Assembly: GCA_965214095.1 (NCBI GenBank) | Contig: OZ243938.1 | Coordinates: forward strand, 5,056,001 to 5,120,000 | Direction: 5' to 3' | Length of the DNA stretch: 64,000 bases | Source: Candidatus Poribacteria bacterium | Lineage (GTDB): Bacteria; Poribacteria; WGA-4E; WGA-3G | The notes under the pieces: model-generated | What the model saw: the letters and a program-made list of their open reading frames with translations, nothing else | Database searches by the model: none | Told to the model about the DNA's origin: nothing | In this document: piece by piece, positions 52,265 to 62,580 of the stretch | Layout: each line of letters begins with the position of its first letter | Position numbering within the stretch: the stretch's first letter is position 1 | Position numbers and translations under genes: made by a program

Positions 52265-53617
52265 CTATTCCAGTGAAAGAGTTACATCAATCTGTTCACC
52301 ATTACGTAGTAATTTCACCAGCAAAGACTTTGCTTGTGCTTGTTCTTGTAACACATAACCGATTACACCGCTTTCTGAAAGGCGGTCTGTACGTTCACCG
52401 AAACCAACAATGATGTCACCACGACGGATTCCTGCCCTTTGTGCATTCGTCTGTCCACCACCTCTACGTCTATCGCGACGAGCAAGATTCTCAACATGTA
52501 ATGCCATCGCAGTGTGATCAATCCCACTTTGTTTTCGTTCAGCATCAGACAAGTCTTGAAGCGTCATCCCACCGAGGGCAACAAGACGCAGTTCACCTGT
52601 TGTCGTACGCCAAGAGATATCGCTCTGTTTACGCCAACCAGGGTTGAGTGTAAGATTGAGAGAAATCTCTTCTCCATGACGATTTACTTTTGCCGGTAAT
52701 GTAGTGTTTTCTGGAGAACGGTGCAACACCCACTGCAAATCTGCAATAGAGATGATCGGTTGTCCAGCAAGCGTTAAGACTTCATCCGCCCGTTCAAATC
52801 CATCTTTTTCTGCAGAAGAACCTGGTGTGACTCTACTAACTTTCGCACGATGTTTTGAAGAAAAGTGAATACCTAACAGGTCTGGCATTGGAAAAGGATA
52901 TAACACTTCATCTGGCACCGGTTTCCTATCATACCAGTGAATCTCACGCCTTGCTTCACCAATTTGATGGCAATGAATACACTGTCCTCCAAGCCGTTGA
53001 TTGAGATTCACATCGGATGGAAAACGTAATAAAGCAGGATAAGCCTCGGGTGTTTTCTTTAACGGTTCAGGACCTGTTTTGGCTGCTAAAATATCCTTGT
53101 TCTCTGGGTAACCTTCATGTAATTCAAGAGCGGCTTCAAGTGCAAGTTTAAATCCCTCTATAGATATATCTTTGCCAGCATTTCGGAAGTCAGTCCGTGT
53201 TCCGAAACGTCCGTAAATTGTTCTGTCTGCATTCATGAAAAATACTGCAAAAGTGAGATCATAATCAAATTGAAACAGAGATAGATCAATTCCGTTTCCC
53301 TGTACAATCCGAACCCGTACAAACTGTTCCATTAAATCTTTGATTTCTTTATCGTGACGAACAACCTGTTCGTCAAAGTCTTGGCAAGACACTCACGGCA
53401 CTCAGCGGAAAACTACTAATAACGGTTGTTCTGTCTTTTCCGCTTGTTCAATCCCCTTATCAAGGTCGTTATAGATCCAATAGCCAGTAGATTTCACCAT
53501 CACTTGATCTTGTGCGACTTCTCTGTCTCCATCTCCAAAACACAGGATAACTGCAGACACGAAAATCATAAAGATCAAAAAATGTTTCAATAATTTCATC
53601 AACGTTTCAAACTCCAT
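52265..53617 (-). CDS. Thioredoxin-like/PDZ selenoprotein with two in-frame UGA codons (UxxUxxC) and CxxCH
   Basis: ORFs 53402..53617 and 52265..53392 are in frame; junction CGC TGA GTG CCG TGA GTG TCT TGC = R-U-V-P-U-V-S-C; SECIS-like hairpin follows; two PDZ-like domains. Confidence 0.8.
53355..53375 (-). promoter_or_regulatory. Candidate bacterial SECIS element
   Basis: TGACGAAC-AGGTT-GTTCGTCA perfect 8-bp stem with G-containing loop, starting 17 nt after the second UGA. Confidence 0.6.
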
Positions 53618-53752
53618 ATATCAAAAAAATGTAATGTGTTTTACATGTTTTTTGATATACAAGTATTGAAATTGTTCGTTATTTTCAAAATGTTTTGTTT
53701 GACAAGAAATTTGGAATCTTTGGATAAGAAACGCTTACTCTATGACATTCTA

Positions 53753-56002
53753 TCATTTATCTGTAATATCCCAAATGAGTACCGTGCCATCCAAACTGCC
53801 ACTCGCAAGCGTGCTTCCATCAGAACTATATGCAAGGGAAGTTAACCCGAACTGCCCACTAAAGGACGAAATGATTTGAAATAAATTCATGTCCCAAAAG
53901 TGGATAGAACCATCACCATTCCCATTTGCCAGTATTTTTCCATCAGGACTGTAAACGAGTGAGGATACCTTACTTCGACCTCGCGCAGTGATATTTGGTG
54001 GGTCATCAATTTCCCTTGGCAGACTCGGAGACGGGTCAAAAAGATCGTTTCCAATAAGAGAAACTTTGTGCTTACCTGTATTTGGATCCCATAAATGGAT
54101 TGAACCATCTCCACATCCACTTGCAAGTGTTCTCCCATCAGGACTGAAGGTGACAGTCTGTATTCTATCTGTATGTCCTTCAAGCGTAGTAATAAGTTTC
54201 CGATTACGTACATCCCATAGACATATAGTTTTATCCTTACTACCACTTGCAGCTATACTTCCATCTGGACTCAAAGCAACTGAAGTGATTTGGTCTGTAT
54301 GTCCCTTTAGTTTTGCTTTCTGGGGACCAATGAAAAATCCCAAAACTCGTTGGAATATTGAATCTGATTCTGCAGCCTTTGCATCCCAAATTCGTAGCAT
54401 TCCATCTGAACCACCTGTTACAAAGATATTGCCTTCGGTATTATACGATATTCCACCACCATGTGATATATGATAACTATTCTTATCTATTGCTTTACTA
54501 TGTCCTTTTTGAGTCTTCTGATATGCGCCTGTTTCCGCGTTCCAAAAGAAGATTTCTGCTTTTCCTGCAGGACGCATATTTAGGCTTGCTAACGTTTTTC
54601 CGTGTGGAACAAATGTCAGAGATTGAATATATAATTGATACGGATACCCATCACAAGTAGTATTGAGTTTTCCATTTACCACATCCCATAGCCTAATCTT
54701 CTCTAGATGATGACCACTTGCGAGAATATTTCCCTCATTATTAAATGCAATAGAACTTACTTCACCGTTATGGCGTTTAATGATATGACGTAGTCCAGAT
54801 TTTTTTGTATTTTCTTTATCTATTTTCCATAAGTAAATACGTGTTTCTTCATTATTCATAGAACTTCGTGCAGCAAGCGTGCGTCCATCTGGACTAAACA
54901 TTAGATAATAGAAGTGTCCATTTTCTCTAAATAAAAATTTGGGTTCTCCATCCTCAGTATTCCAAAAGATTATACCACCATTTGTTGATACAGCGAGTGT
55001 GCGTCCATCTGGACTGAATTTAATTGATGTAACTCTTTTTGTTGGATAATTCACTATCTTAGGTATGTTATTAGCTATAGCCAGGATTTTTAAATTTCGT
55101 GGATCGTTGGCCAGTGTATTCTTCAGTTGACCTGTCTGTGTATCCCATAACTGCACCTTATAATCATCGATTCGTGCCGTAGCGAGTGTCTGCCCATCTG
55201 GTGATATTGTAAATGGATGTCGATAATGACCTTCAAGTTCAATTCTCATTTGCAACTTACCAGTATTTGAATCCCAGAACTTCGCTTCATTTTTAGAAAA
55301 ACAGAATAGAGCACTCCCATCGTTGATAAAAACAATGTTATTAGCACCTGTTGTATCTTCTAATTTTGCTATAAAACTTCCAGTTTCAATGTCCCATACC
55401 AGAACTTCTTTTTTTTTGCTACTTACTATAGTTTTTCTATTCGGACTAAACATCACACTGGAAACTCTTTTGTGGGGTGTTGTAATCACACGGTGTTCCC
55501 CATTTTCAATGTTCCATAGCCTTATTTTGTTCGAATAATCTGTACTTGCAAGCATTTTTCCATCAGAACTAAAACTGACTGATAAAACTCTATTGGTATG
55601 ACCCTCAAGGGTGGTTTTGATTTGGTTGGAATTTAAATCCCATATATCAATCTTATGCTTTCGCATATTTGCACAGAGTTGTAAATCTGGACTTAGAATG
55701 ATATTATCTGTCAAATATCCATTTATTTTTGATAAACTTATCTCTTTTCCTGTCATAACATCGTATAACCAGACACCAATAGAAGTTATCACAGCAAGTT
55801 TCGTATTGTCAGATGAAAATTGATATGAATTTCCCTTTCCTATAGTCGTGAGATGGCTTTCCAGGTTTGCCATTTTGCCCTTACCAAGTCTCAACTTTGC
55901 ACCTTTTGGCAATTCCCATAGTGTGTAGTCATCCGAATATGAGTATGAAAGAAATGTCAAAGTTAATAGAGATATTGCAATCATTGCATGAATCGTTCTC
56001 AT
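53753..56002 (-). CDS. Secreted WD40-repeat protein
   Basis: 'W.LPKGAKLRLGKG' N-terminus; many 'GHT..V.SV.FSPDG..LASG..D..I.LWD' repeats. Confidence 0.92.
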   Translation of the reverse strand: MRTIHAMIAISLLTLTFLSYSYSDDYTLWELPKGAKLRLGKGKMANLESHLTTIGKGNSYQFSSDNTKLAVITSIGVWLYDVMTGKEISLSKINGYLTDNIILSPDLQLCANMRKHKIDIWDLNSNQIKTTLEGHTNRVLSVSFSSDGKMLASTDYSNKIRLWNIENGEHRVITTPHKRVSSVMFSPNRKTIVSSKKKEVLVWDIETGSFIAKLEDTTGANNIVFINDGSALFCFSKNEAKFWDSNTGKLQMRIELEGHYRHPFTISPDGQTLATARIDDYKVQLWDTQTGQLKNTLANDPRNLKILAIANNIPKIVNYPTKRVTSIKFSPDGRTLAVSTNGGIIFWNTEDGEPKFLFRENGHFYYLMFSPDGRTLAARSSMNNEETRIYLWKIDKENTKKSGLRHIIKRHNGEVSSIAFNNEGNILASGHHLEKIRLWDVVNGKLNTTCDGYPYQLYIQSLTFVPHGKTLASLNMRPAGKAEIFFWNAETGAYQKTQKGHSKAIDKNSYHISHGGGISYNTEGNIFVTGGSDGMLRIWDAKAAESDSIFQRVLGFFIGPQKAKLKGHTDQITSVALSPDGSIAASGSKDKTICLWDVRNRKLITTLEGHTDRIQTVTFSPDGRTLASGCGDGSIHLWDPNTGKHKVSLIGNDLFDPSPSLPREIDDPPNITARGRSKVSSLVYSPDGKILANGNGDGSIHFWDMNLFQIISSFSGQFGLTSLAYSSDGSTLASGSLDGTVLIWDITDK

Positions 56003-56037
56003 AATTAAATACTCCTCACATTAACAATCTATAACAA

Positions 56038-56457
56038 TTAACCCATCTGATACAGCATCAGATAAATTAGAACTCCAGTAACAGAAACATATAGCCAAAT
56101 TGGCAAAGTGATTTTAGCAATACGTCTGTGTTTATCAAACCTTTCTCTCCACGCCAAATAAAGCGTGACCAAGGCTAAAGGAATTATAATAAACGCTAAT
56201 ATTATATGCGAAATCAGTATCGTAAAGTAGACTGGTCGTATCCATCCCTCATGCAAAAACTTTGTAGATCCAGCATTGGCGTGATATATACAATAACTTA
56301 TCAAAAAAAGTATTGAGACACCGAATGCAGCAAGCATACACTTCTTATGCTGTTCAATTTTCCGATTACGAATAAAGACATATCCTACAATTAAAAGGAC
56401 AGCACTGGTTGTATTTAGGATTGCATTGACAGTAGGTAGATTTGATATTTCAAACAT
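56038..56457 (-). CDS. DUF420 membrane protein
   Basis: 'LPTVNAILN', 'YF.ILISHI.LA', 'H.RIAK.T.PIWLYVSVTGV'. Confidence 0.88.
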   Translation of the reverse strand: MFEISNLPTVNAILNTTSAVLLIVGYVFIRNRKIEQHKKCMLAAFGVSILFLISYCIYHANAGSTKFLHEGWIRPVYFTILISHIILAFIIIPLALVTLYLAWRERFDKHRRIAKITLPIWLYVSVTGVLIYLMLYQMG

Positions 56458-56471
56458 GTTTTCTCTCTATC

Positions 56472-57350
56472 TTACCGAAGCCATCGGTATGCTTGCACAC
56501 CTTTGGAATTCTGCAGGGCAAACTCCCACCTTTTACACCATGTTTCATAATCTGTTTGACATGCTTCAGGACGCAGACGACTCCGCATCAAAAAAGATGG
56601 GTAGTAGGGTCTACCTGTCGGTTGATACACATCGTGATAACGCAAATCTAAACTCCATCGAACTGTATCAGATTTATTCGGTTTAGCACTGTGTAGCGTG
56701 TAATTATGAAACAAAATTACACCACCAGCGCGTATTGGCAAAACCTCTGGTGTTAAGTTCGGTGGTTGATGTTCAGGTGGAACTGCTAATCCTGCTTCAT
56801 TCCAACCGTGCGTTAACAACCCAAATTTATGACTACCCGGTAGCACTTGTAGACACCCATTTTCTTCAGTCACATCTACAATTGGAATCCAGATCGTAAG
56901 CATGAAGTATGGGTCTGTGTCTGGCCAACACACTCCTGCGTCCTGATGCCAAGGTATCGGCAATTGTTGAGTCTTCTCTATTGGTAGAATTGGACGGATA
57001 TGTTGTATTGGATTACACACAATCTCAGAACCAACAAGTGATTCTGCAAGATCAAGGATCTTTGGATTTTTGAGGAAGTTGAACGTTGCTTCTCCGCGCG
57101 CTCGCATAATGTCTAAGTCTGATGTTACCTCTGATGCTTCGGCAGCAAGGCACAGCAGACGTTCAGTGAATGGTTTTTCAGTGTATGTAGAAGTTGTCTT
57201 CCCTCCCTTGTATAGTTTCTCAGCACGTTTATCAATAATATCAGAATACTCATCAATCACAGAAGCTAAGTCCCTCTCATCCAATATATCTTCAAGTAGA
57301 AGATACCCGTTCTCATGGAAAAACGATACTTCCGATTCAGTTAGACGCAT
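56472..57350 (-). CDS. Phytanoyl-CoA dioxygenase (PhyH) family protein
   Basis: PWHQD, NGCLQVLPGSH, LH.A..N....RWS; ATG 57350 after GGAGG. Confidence 0.88.
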   Translation of the reverse strand: MRLTESEVSFFHENGYLLLEDILDERDLASVIDEYSDIIDKRAEKLYKGGKTTSTYTEKPFTERLLCLAAEASEVTSDLDIMRARGEATFNFLKNPKILDLAESLVGSEIVCNPIQHIRPILPIEKTQQLPIPWHQDAGVCWPDTDPYFMLTIWIPIVDVTEENGCLQVLPGSHKFGLLTHGWNEAGLAVPPEHQPPNLTPEVLPIRAGGVILFHNYTLHSAKPNKSDTVRWSLDLRYHDVYQPTGRPYYPSFLMRSRLRPEACQTDYETWCKRWEFALQNSKGVQAYRWLR

Positions 57351-57372
57351 AAAAACCCTCCATGTGTCGTCT

Positions 57373-58179
57373 TTATCCCCATCTCTGTTCAGGCGGATCA
57401 AAGACAAATCCGTGAAAAAACTTACGTTGTTCAGGTGAAAGTTGTGAGTTATAGAAGTCTTTTGGATACCCCCAATGTTCTTGTGAGGCAATCATCCATG
57501 GATGTTCATAAGCGTAATATAACATTTCACGTGTCGCTTCCGGCTTGGTAAAAATACCGGCTGAATGCCAGAGCGCGTTATGAAACAGTATAGCACTGCC
57601 TGCAGGTGCACATACCTCCAATGCTCCAGGATATTGATACGGATAACGCAAGTCTTCATGATTTGGTTCATTCAACGCTTTATGACTACCCGGTATGAGC
57701 CAAAGATTACCTTGTCCACTATCTGTCATATCTGTGAGATAGTACCCAACTTTGAGTTGTAGCAAGGGAATTGGACGCAGGTTGCGAAAACCATCATCAT
57801 GTCCATCAATGTGCCATCCCATCGGACGATCCATAAGTTCCTCGCCAAATTCAACAAGGGCATCTGATGCGTGGTGGTGCGGCATCTGATTGAGAAGACC
57901 CGCGACATAAGGTAGCATCGGCTGCCAATCCAACAGTTCTAAGAACAGCGGATGATCACCAAGAATATAGAAGATACGTGTGCTCTTCTCTCCGTGAATA
58001 TGTGTCATTCCTGTTTGCTGTAAACCTTTTTCCTCACATTCACGACGTTTATCAATTGTGTCTGCAAGGGTACTTCTAAGAGAAGTTATATGTGCTTCTT
58101 CAAGAAAAGACTCTAATACCAAATATCCGTTGTTTTCAAAGAAGAAACGTTGTGCATCCGTTAACTCGTGTGTCATCAT
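57373..58179 (-). CDS. Phytanoyl-CoA dioxygenase (PhyH) family protein
   Basis: GWHID, IPGSH, LWH. Confidence 0.85.
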   Translation of the reverse strand: MMTHELTDAQRFFFENNGYLVLESFLEEAHITSLRSTLADTIDKRRECEEKGLQQTGMTHIHGEKSTRIFYILGDHPLFLELLDWQPMLPYVAGLLNQMPHHHASDALVEFGEELMDRPMGWHIDGHDDGFRNLRPIPLLQLKVGYYLTDMTDSGQGNLWLIPGSHKALNEPNHEDLRYPYQYPGALEVCAPAGSAILFHNALWHSAGIFTKPEATREMLYYAYEHPWMIASQEHWGYPKDFYNSQLSPEQRKFFHGFVFDPPEQRWG

Positions 58180-58235
58180 ACTTTTCCTTTAGACTATGGT
58201 GAAGCATAGAATTATATCTACACTTTCTATCAACG

Positions 58236-58260
58236 GTAGGCGAGGTTTCCTAACCTCGCC
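58236..58260 (+). repeat. GTAG-type REP
   Basis: GTAGGCGAGGTTTCCTAACCTCGCC. Confidence 0.65.
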
Positions 58261-58289
58261 TAAGCAATGTATAGAATTAATTCAATAAT

Positions 58290-59261
58290 TTACCATAAAT
58301 CAAATAGTGCGGCTGCGTTTTCTCCAAATATCCGTTCTTTTGCCTTTTTAGGAATATCCATTTCTTCAATTAAGGATACAAATCTCGGCATATCCACCCA
58401 AGGATGATCTGACCCAAAAAGAAGATGGTTCTCTCCAGAAAACTGATATGCAAAATGCAGTGCCTGAAGCGAAGGTGATACAGTGTCCAGATAGACGCGA
58501 CGCAAATATGCACTCGGTGGTTTTGTAATGTTCTCCCTTGCTCTACCCAATACTTCTGTTTGGTGATCTATACGACCGCTCATATAAGGTAGAATCCCAC
58601 CCACATGTGGCAGAACAATTTGTAATTCTGGTAGCCGTTCCAAGATACCACTCAGAATCAGTCGTAATAACGCGAAACTGCTATCGACTTGTAATCCCAT
58701 CATACCGATCATCCAGTGATCTTTTATCGCATCCCCCCAAGTTGGTACCGTGGGATGCATGACAATAGGCATCTGCAATGAAACTGCATGAGCAAAAACT
58801 GGTTCAAATTCAGGTGCATCAACAGGTTTCCCACCAATATGAGAATAGAGCATTATCCCACGGAATCCCATTTCCTTCACTCTATCCATCTCTGTTATGG
58901 CTTCATCAGGGTTCTGCCAAGGTAGGCATGCCAATCCCGCAAATCGGTGAGGATACTGTGCTACAAGTTCAGCGATAGCATTGTTTATGGCTTGTGCTCC
59001 TTTGTTACCAAATTCAGGCGAGAGCATGCATGGAGGCGGTATATTGGTACTAAGCAGTGCCATGTCCACCTCTGCTACATCCATATCCTTGAGTTTTTGC
59101 TTCGGGTCATATACATCGTTCTGCAGTCGAAATGTTTGGACATTACCATAGGTAACGATAGACTCCTTTCCACGACGAATTACCTGCGGCGGATGTGGGT
59201 TTTGTGCAAGTATTTCAATGTATTCGCTTGGAAATATGTGACTTTGACAATCAATTCGCAT
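58290..59261 (-). CDS. Amidohydrolase_2 family (ACMSD-like decarboxylase)
   Basis: IDCQSH, MHP, PHVGG, FGSDHP, 'IFGENAAALF'. Confidence 0.88.
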   Translation of the reverse strand: MRIDCQSHIFPSEYIEILAQNPHPPQVIRRGKESIVTYGNVQTFRLQNDVYDPKQKLKDMDVAEVDMALLSTNIPPPCMLSPEFGNKGAQAINNAIAELVAQYPHRFAGLACLPWQNPDEAITEMDRVKEMGFRGIMLYSHIGGKPVDAPEFEPVFAHAVSLQMPIVMHPTVPTWGDAIKDHWMIGMMGLQVDSSFALLRLILSGILERLPELQIVLPHVGGILPYMSGRIDHQTEVLGRARENITKPPSAYLRRVYLDTVSPSLQALHFAYQFSGENHLLFGSDHPWVDMPRFVSLIEEMDIPKKAKERIFGENAAALFDLW

Positions 59262-59315
59262 TATTCATCAATCATAATTGGACAGAAATCTAATCAAATG
59301 CTAAAACTACGTGTA

Positions 59316-62300
59316 TTACATTCCTCCACGCGGACTCCATTGTACCATATAATCGGAAGGCACTTCGCGGATGAACATAGACGTAGAAAGCTCACGATCA
59401 CCATATCGGTAGATTGTAGATGACAGAAACAGTTGCTTCTGAGCACGAGTCATACCTACGTAAAAAAGCCGACGTTCCTCTTCAAGCTCAGCATCAGTGG
59501 TGTCCTGTTTCCACATCGGAAAACTCCCTTCCTCCATTCCGATGATTATGACAACAGGAAATTCCGTGCCTTTTGCAGCATGAAGTGTCATTAATGTAAT
59601 CTGTTCTGTGTCATCATCTATCTCATCATAATTCGTCAGTAATTTCTGAAAACCCAAGAACTCTAATAGGCTGTTCCCTTGATCTGACTTCAGATATTGC
59701 AAAAGTAGAGTCCGAAACTTTGATTTAGTTTCTATCCAAGCAGTGTCCTCTTGCATAATAGGAACATCAGTCTCTTCTAACTCTTTAAAGTAAGCTTCAA
59801 CTTGTTCCTCTTCTGTTGACTCAAAGGGGAGATCTTCATGTATCTGTTGAGAACCTTCCTTGACCACACGTATAGCAGCGTTTAAAAATGCCCTCTCTTC
59901 TGTAATATTCTTGTCGTTTTTAACTGAAATATCTGTTTTGTCAAGAATACCAAGACCAACAAACGGCAATAAATCGGTAAGTGATTGCACTTCTCGCTTC
60001 TTTAGGTCAATCCTTATCAATTCCTTGAAAATTTGTCTGTTTACTTCAACATCTTCCATAGCACGATGTAAAGTTTTGTGTTCAATTCCAAATTTCTCAG
60101 CAAGTGATTCAATACCACATCGTTGACGAGGAAATAGTCTACGTGCGGTGACAAGTGTATCGTAGTAGGGATTTGTCAGATTCTGATCTAAACAATCCTG
60201 TAATCCACGTTCCAGAATTGGGTTGTCATACTGCGCGACATTATGTCCAATTAGGATACGATCTTGAATGAAACTATAGAATTTCGGGAGAACCATCTCA
60301 ATACTCGGTGCGTCCTTTACATCCTCACTACTTATACCGTGAACTTTCGTAACTGACGGTGGTATGTATCCACCGGGTGGTTTCACTAAGCGAGAAAACT
60401 TCTCAACTTCATTGCCAATTACATTAAGCCGTTTCGCTGCAATCTCAACAATATTTGCGCGTCTGATATCAACACCTGTAGTTTCTAAATCATAAATCAC
60501 CATATCAGACATATTCGGTGTTTCAAATCTACTCAATAACCGTTGGCAAAGTTTTAATGCGGCGATACAACGTATCTTACCTGAACCAAGTTGAATCACA
60601 TCTGACTGTTCAGAGATGGTAGTACCGATAAGAATTGATCTCGTCTCTATACCCTTTTCTCCCAGTTCTCCAAAGTCGCCAATAAGTATATTAACTGCAT
60701 TTCTGTTGAGTAGCTGTTCACTGTCACCATCTGAGGTTTCATTTTTGGGTAAATATTGGACTTCTACATTCTGATCAAGATAAGATTGTAGTGTTTGACT
60801 AATTATATATGCTGAACAATATTCATCTATGCCATAACTTGCAGTGATCTGAATTTGTTCACCACGATCAAGAACACTATACAGAACATCTTGGGCCAAA
60901 CCCAAATTTGATAAATCCGACTTATTCTCAATAGCAGCTAACTCTTTGTTGCGGTATGGACTTCGTATCATGTCTAATTTTTCAAATAGAATATTGACAA
61001 TTTTATCTATTTTTTTATCTTCAATTTCATCTTCCAATGTTGCCAATTGTTCCCAAAAACTACTGATGTTCTTTCGTGTTAATGGACCGACATCCTCTGG
61101 ATACTGTTCAATATTCCGTAGGAGTTCTTCCAATTCTAATTTTTCACGTTTTGCTAACCACTTCAGTCGCACCCAAGTAAGATCGTCAACCCTTTTTTCA
61201 GGAAAGTTAATTGCGATTTCTAAGTCACGTGGAAGTCGCCACTGAATATAACAGAGATATGAAAGAATACCCTTCAGTCTTTCGTCATCAAAGGAATTGG
61301 TTGGTCGTATCCGTTGAAATTTTATTTTAGATCGTATCAATTCTTCTGTCAGAACATCCGCGAGTCTGTGTGTCCTGTAAAATACGGCAATGTCGCGATA
61401 TGAAACATTCCGTTCACTAATCAATTTACTGATAATCCTGATAATAGTGCGTGCTTCCTCAACAGGAGTCATAAATGTATAGTGAAATATATCCCGTCCT
61501 TCATCTTTGTGGGATATAAGACTGTGCTGAGCCTGTCGCAAAGGATTATTCGCAATTACTTCTTCTGCAGCGCGTAGAATCGTTTCACTACATCTATAAT
61601 GATCGTCTAATTCAACTGTATATGGAGAGTAATTAGTTTTGAAATCGTCTATGAACTGCGGATTTGACCCGCGCCAACTGTAGATAGACTGGTCAGCATC
61701 CGCAACAACCATCAGATTGTTCTCTGGTGGAGCAGTAAGGAAACGAAGAAGTTGGTATTGAACTTCGTTCACATCATGATATTCGTCAACAAGGATGTGT
61801 GAAATCTTTTGATGGTATTCCTGCTGTACTTCAGCAACTTGTTCAAAAAGTATCACCGTTCTTATCAACAGATCATCAAAATCAAAGGCATTGTATTCAT
61901 TAAGTTTGCTATGATAGGCATTGAAGGCATTTACTATATTCGCTTCAGCATCAGGATCGTCTATTTCCGCGATATAATCCTGTTTAATCTCTATATTATT
62001 CTGAGCATAATCAAGTTTGCATTTTGCGTCGCTGATTGCATTCCGTAGTAACCACACAGGATAATCATTTGGGTGAAGATTCAACTCCTTTATGACTTCT
62101 ACGAGTATTTCATCCTGTATTTCTTGGTCAAAAATAGCAAAGTTTTCACTCAGACCGATGTGATGTACGTGACTTCTGAGCACCTTCACACAAAAAGCAT
62201 GAAATGTGGAAACATTAATATTTGAACCGTGCGGTTCTCCAATTTCATTGTTGACACGATCACGCATCTCTTGTGCGGCTTTATTCGTAAAAGTAATCGC

Positions 62301-62465
62301 AAGGATATTACCAGGCTTGATTCCGTGATGACGAATTAGGTAAGCAATACGGTGCGTAATGACTTTTGTTTTACCCGTACCAGGACCTGCAATTACAAGT
62401 ATCGGTCCAGTGTTGTGTTTTACTGCTTCTGTCTGTTTTTCATTTAAATCGTGGAGAATGTTCAT
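59316..62465 (-). CDS. UvrD/PcrA-family helicase with inserted RecJ-like and DEDDh exonuclease domains
   Basis: AGPGTGKT, DEYHD, DQSIYSWRG, MTLHAAKGTEF, EERRLFYVGMTRA; insert with DLETTG..HNVAQYD..HRAMED. Confidence 0.88.
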   Translation of the reverse strand: MNILHDLNEKQTEAVKHNTGPILVIAGPGTGKTKVITHRIAYLIRHHGIKPGNILAITFTNKAAQEMRDRVNNEIGEPHGSNINVSTFHAFCVKVLRSHVHHIGLSENFAIFDQEIQDEILVEVIKELNLHPNDYPVWLLRNAISDAKCKLDYAQNNIEIKQDYIAEIDDPDAEANIVNAFNAYHSKLNEYNAFDFDDLLIRTVILFEQVAEVQQEYHQKISHILVDEYHDVNEVQYQLLRFLTAPPENNLMVVADADQSIYSWRGSNPQFIDDFKTNYSPYTVELDDHYRCSETILRAAEEVIANNPLRQAQHSLISHKDEGRDIFHYTFMTPVEEARTIIRIISKLISERNVSYRDIAVFYRTHRLADVLTEELIRSKIKFQRIRPTNSFDDERLKGILSYLCYIQWRLPRDLEIAINFPEKRVDDLTWVRLKWLAKREKLELEELLRNIEQYPEDVGPLTRKNISSFWEQLATLEDEIEDKKIDKIVNILFEKLDMIRSPYRNKELAAIENKSDLSNLGLAQDVLYSVLDRGEQIQITASYGIDEYCSAYIISQTLQSYLDQNVEVQYLPKNETSDGDSEQLLNRNAVNILIGDFGELGEKGIETRSILIGTTISEQSDVIQLGSGKIRCIAALKLCQRLLSRFETPNMSDMVIYDLETTGVDIRRANIVEIAAKRLNVIGNEVEKFSRLVKPPGGYIPPSVTKVHGISSEDVKDAPSIEMVLPKFYSFIQDRILIGHNVAQYDNPILERGLQDCLDQNLTNPYYDTLVTARRLFPRQRCGIESLAEKFGIEHKTLHRAMEDVEVNRQIFKELIRIDLKKREVQSLTDLLPFVGLGILDKTDISVKNDKNITEERAFLNAAIRVVKEGSQQIHEDLPFESTEEEQVEAYFKELEETDVPIMQEDTAWIETKSKFRTLLLQYLKSDQGNSLLEFLGFQKLLTNYDEIDDDTEQITLMTLHAAKGTEFPVVIIIGMEEGSFPMWKQDTTDAELEEERRLFYVGMTRAQKQLFLSSTIYRYGDRELSTSMFIREVPSDYMVQWSPRGGM

Positions 62466-62580
62466 CTATGAAAACCTATGTATTATAATGATAATTAAAT
62501 CTTATTTCAATGTTCTGATAGTATATCTAATATTATGTCATATTACAAGCATTTTGAGTGAAATAATTGCGTTTGTAATG

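Noticed and set aside
57351-57491. N-terminal extension of the PhyH gene overlapping the upstream PhyH
   Set aside because: GGAGG RBS and a family-typical start at 57350
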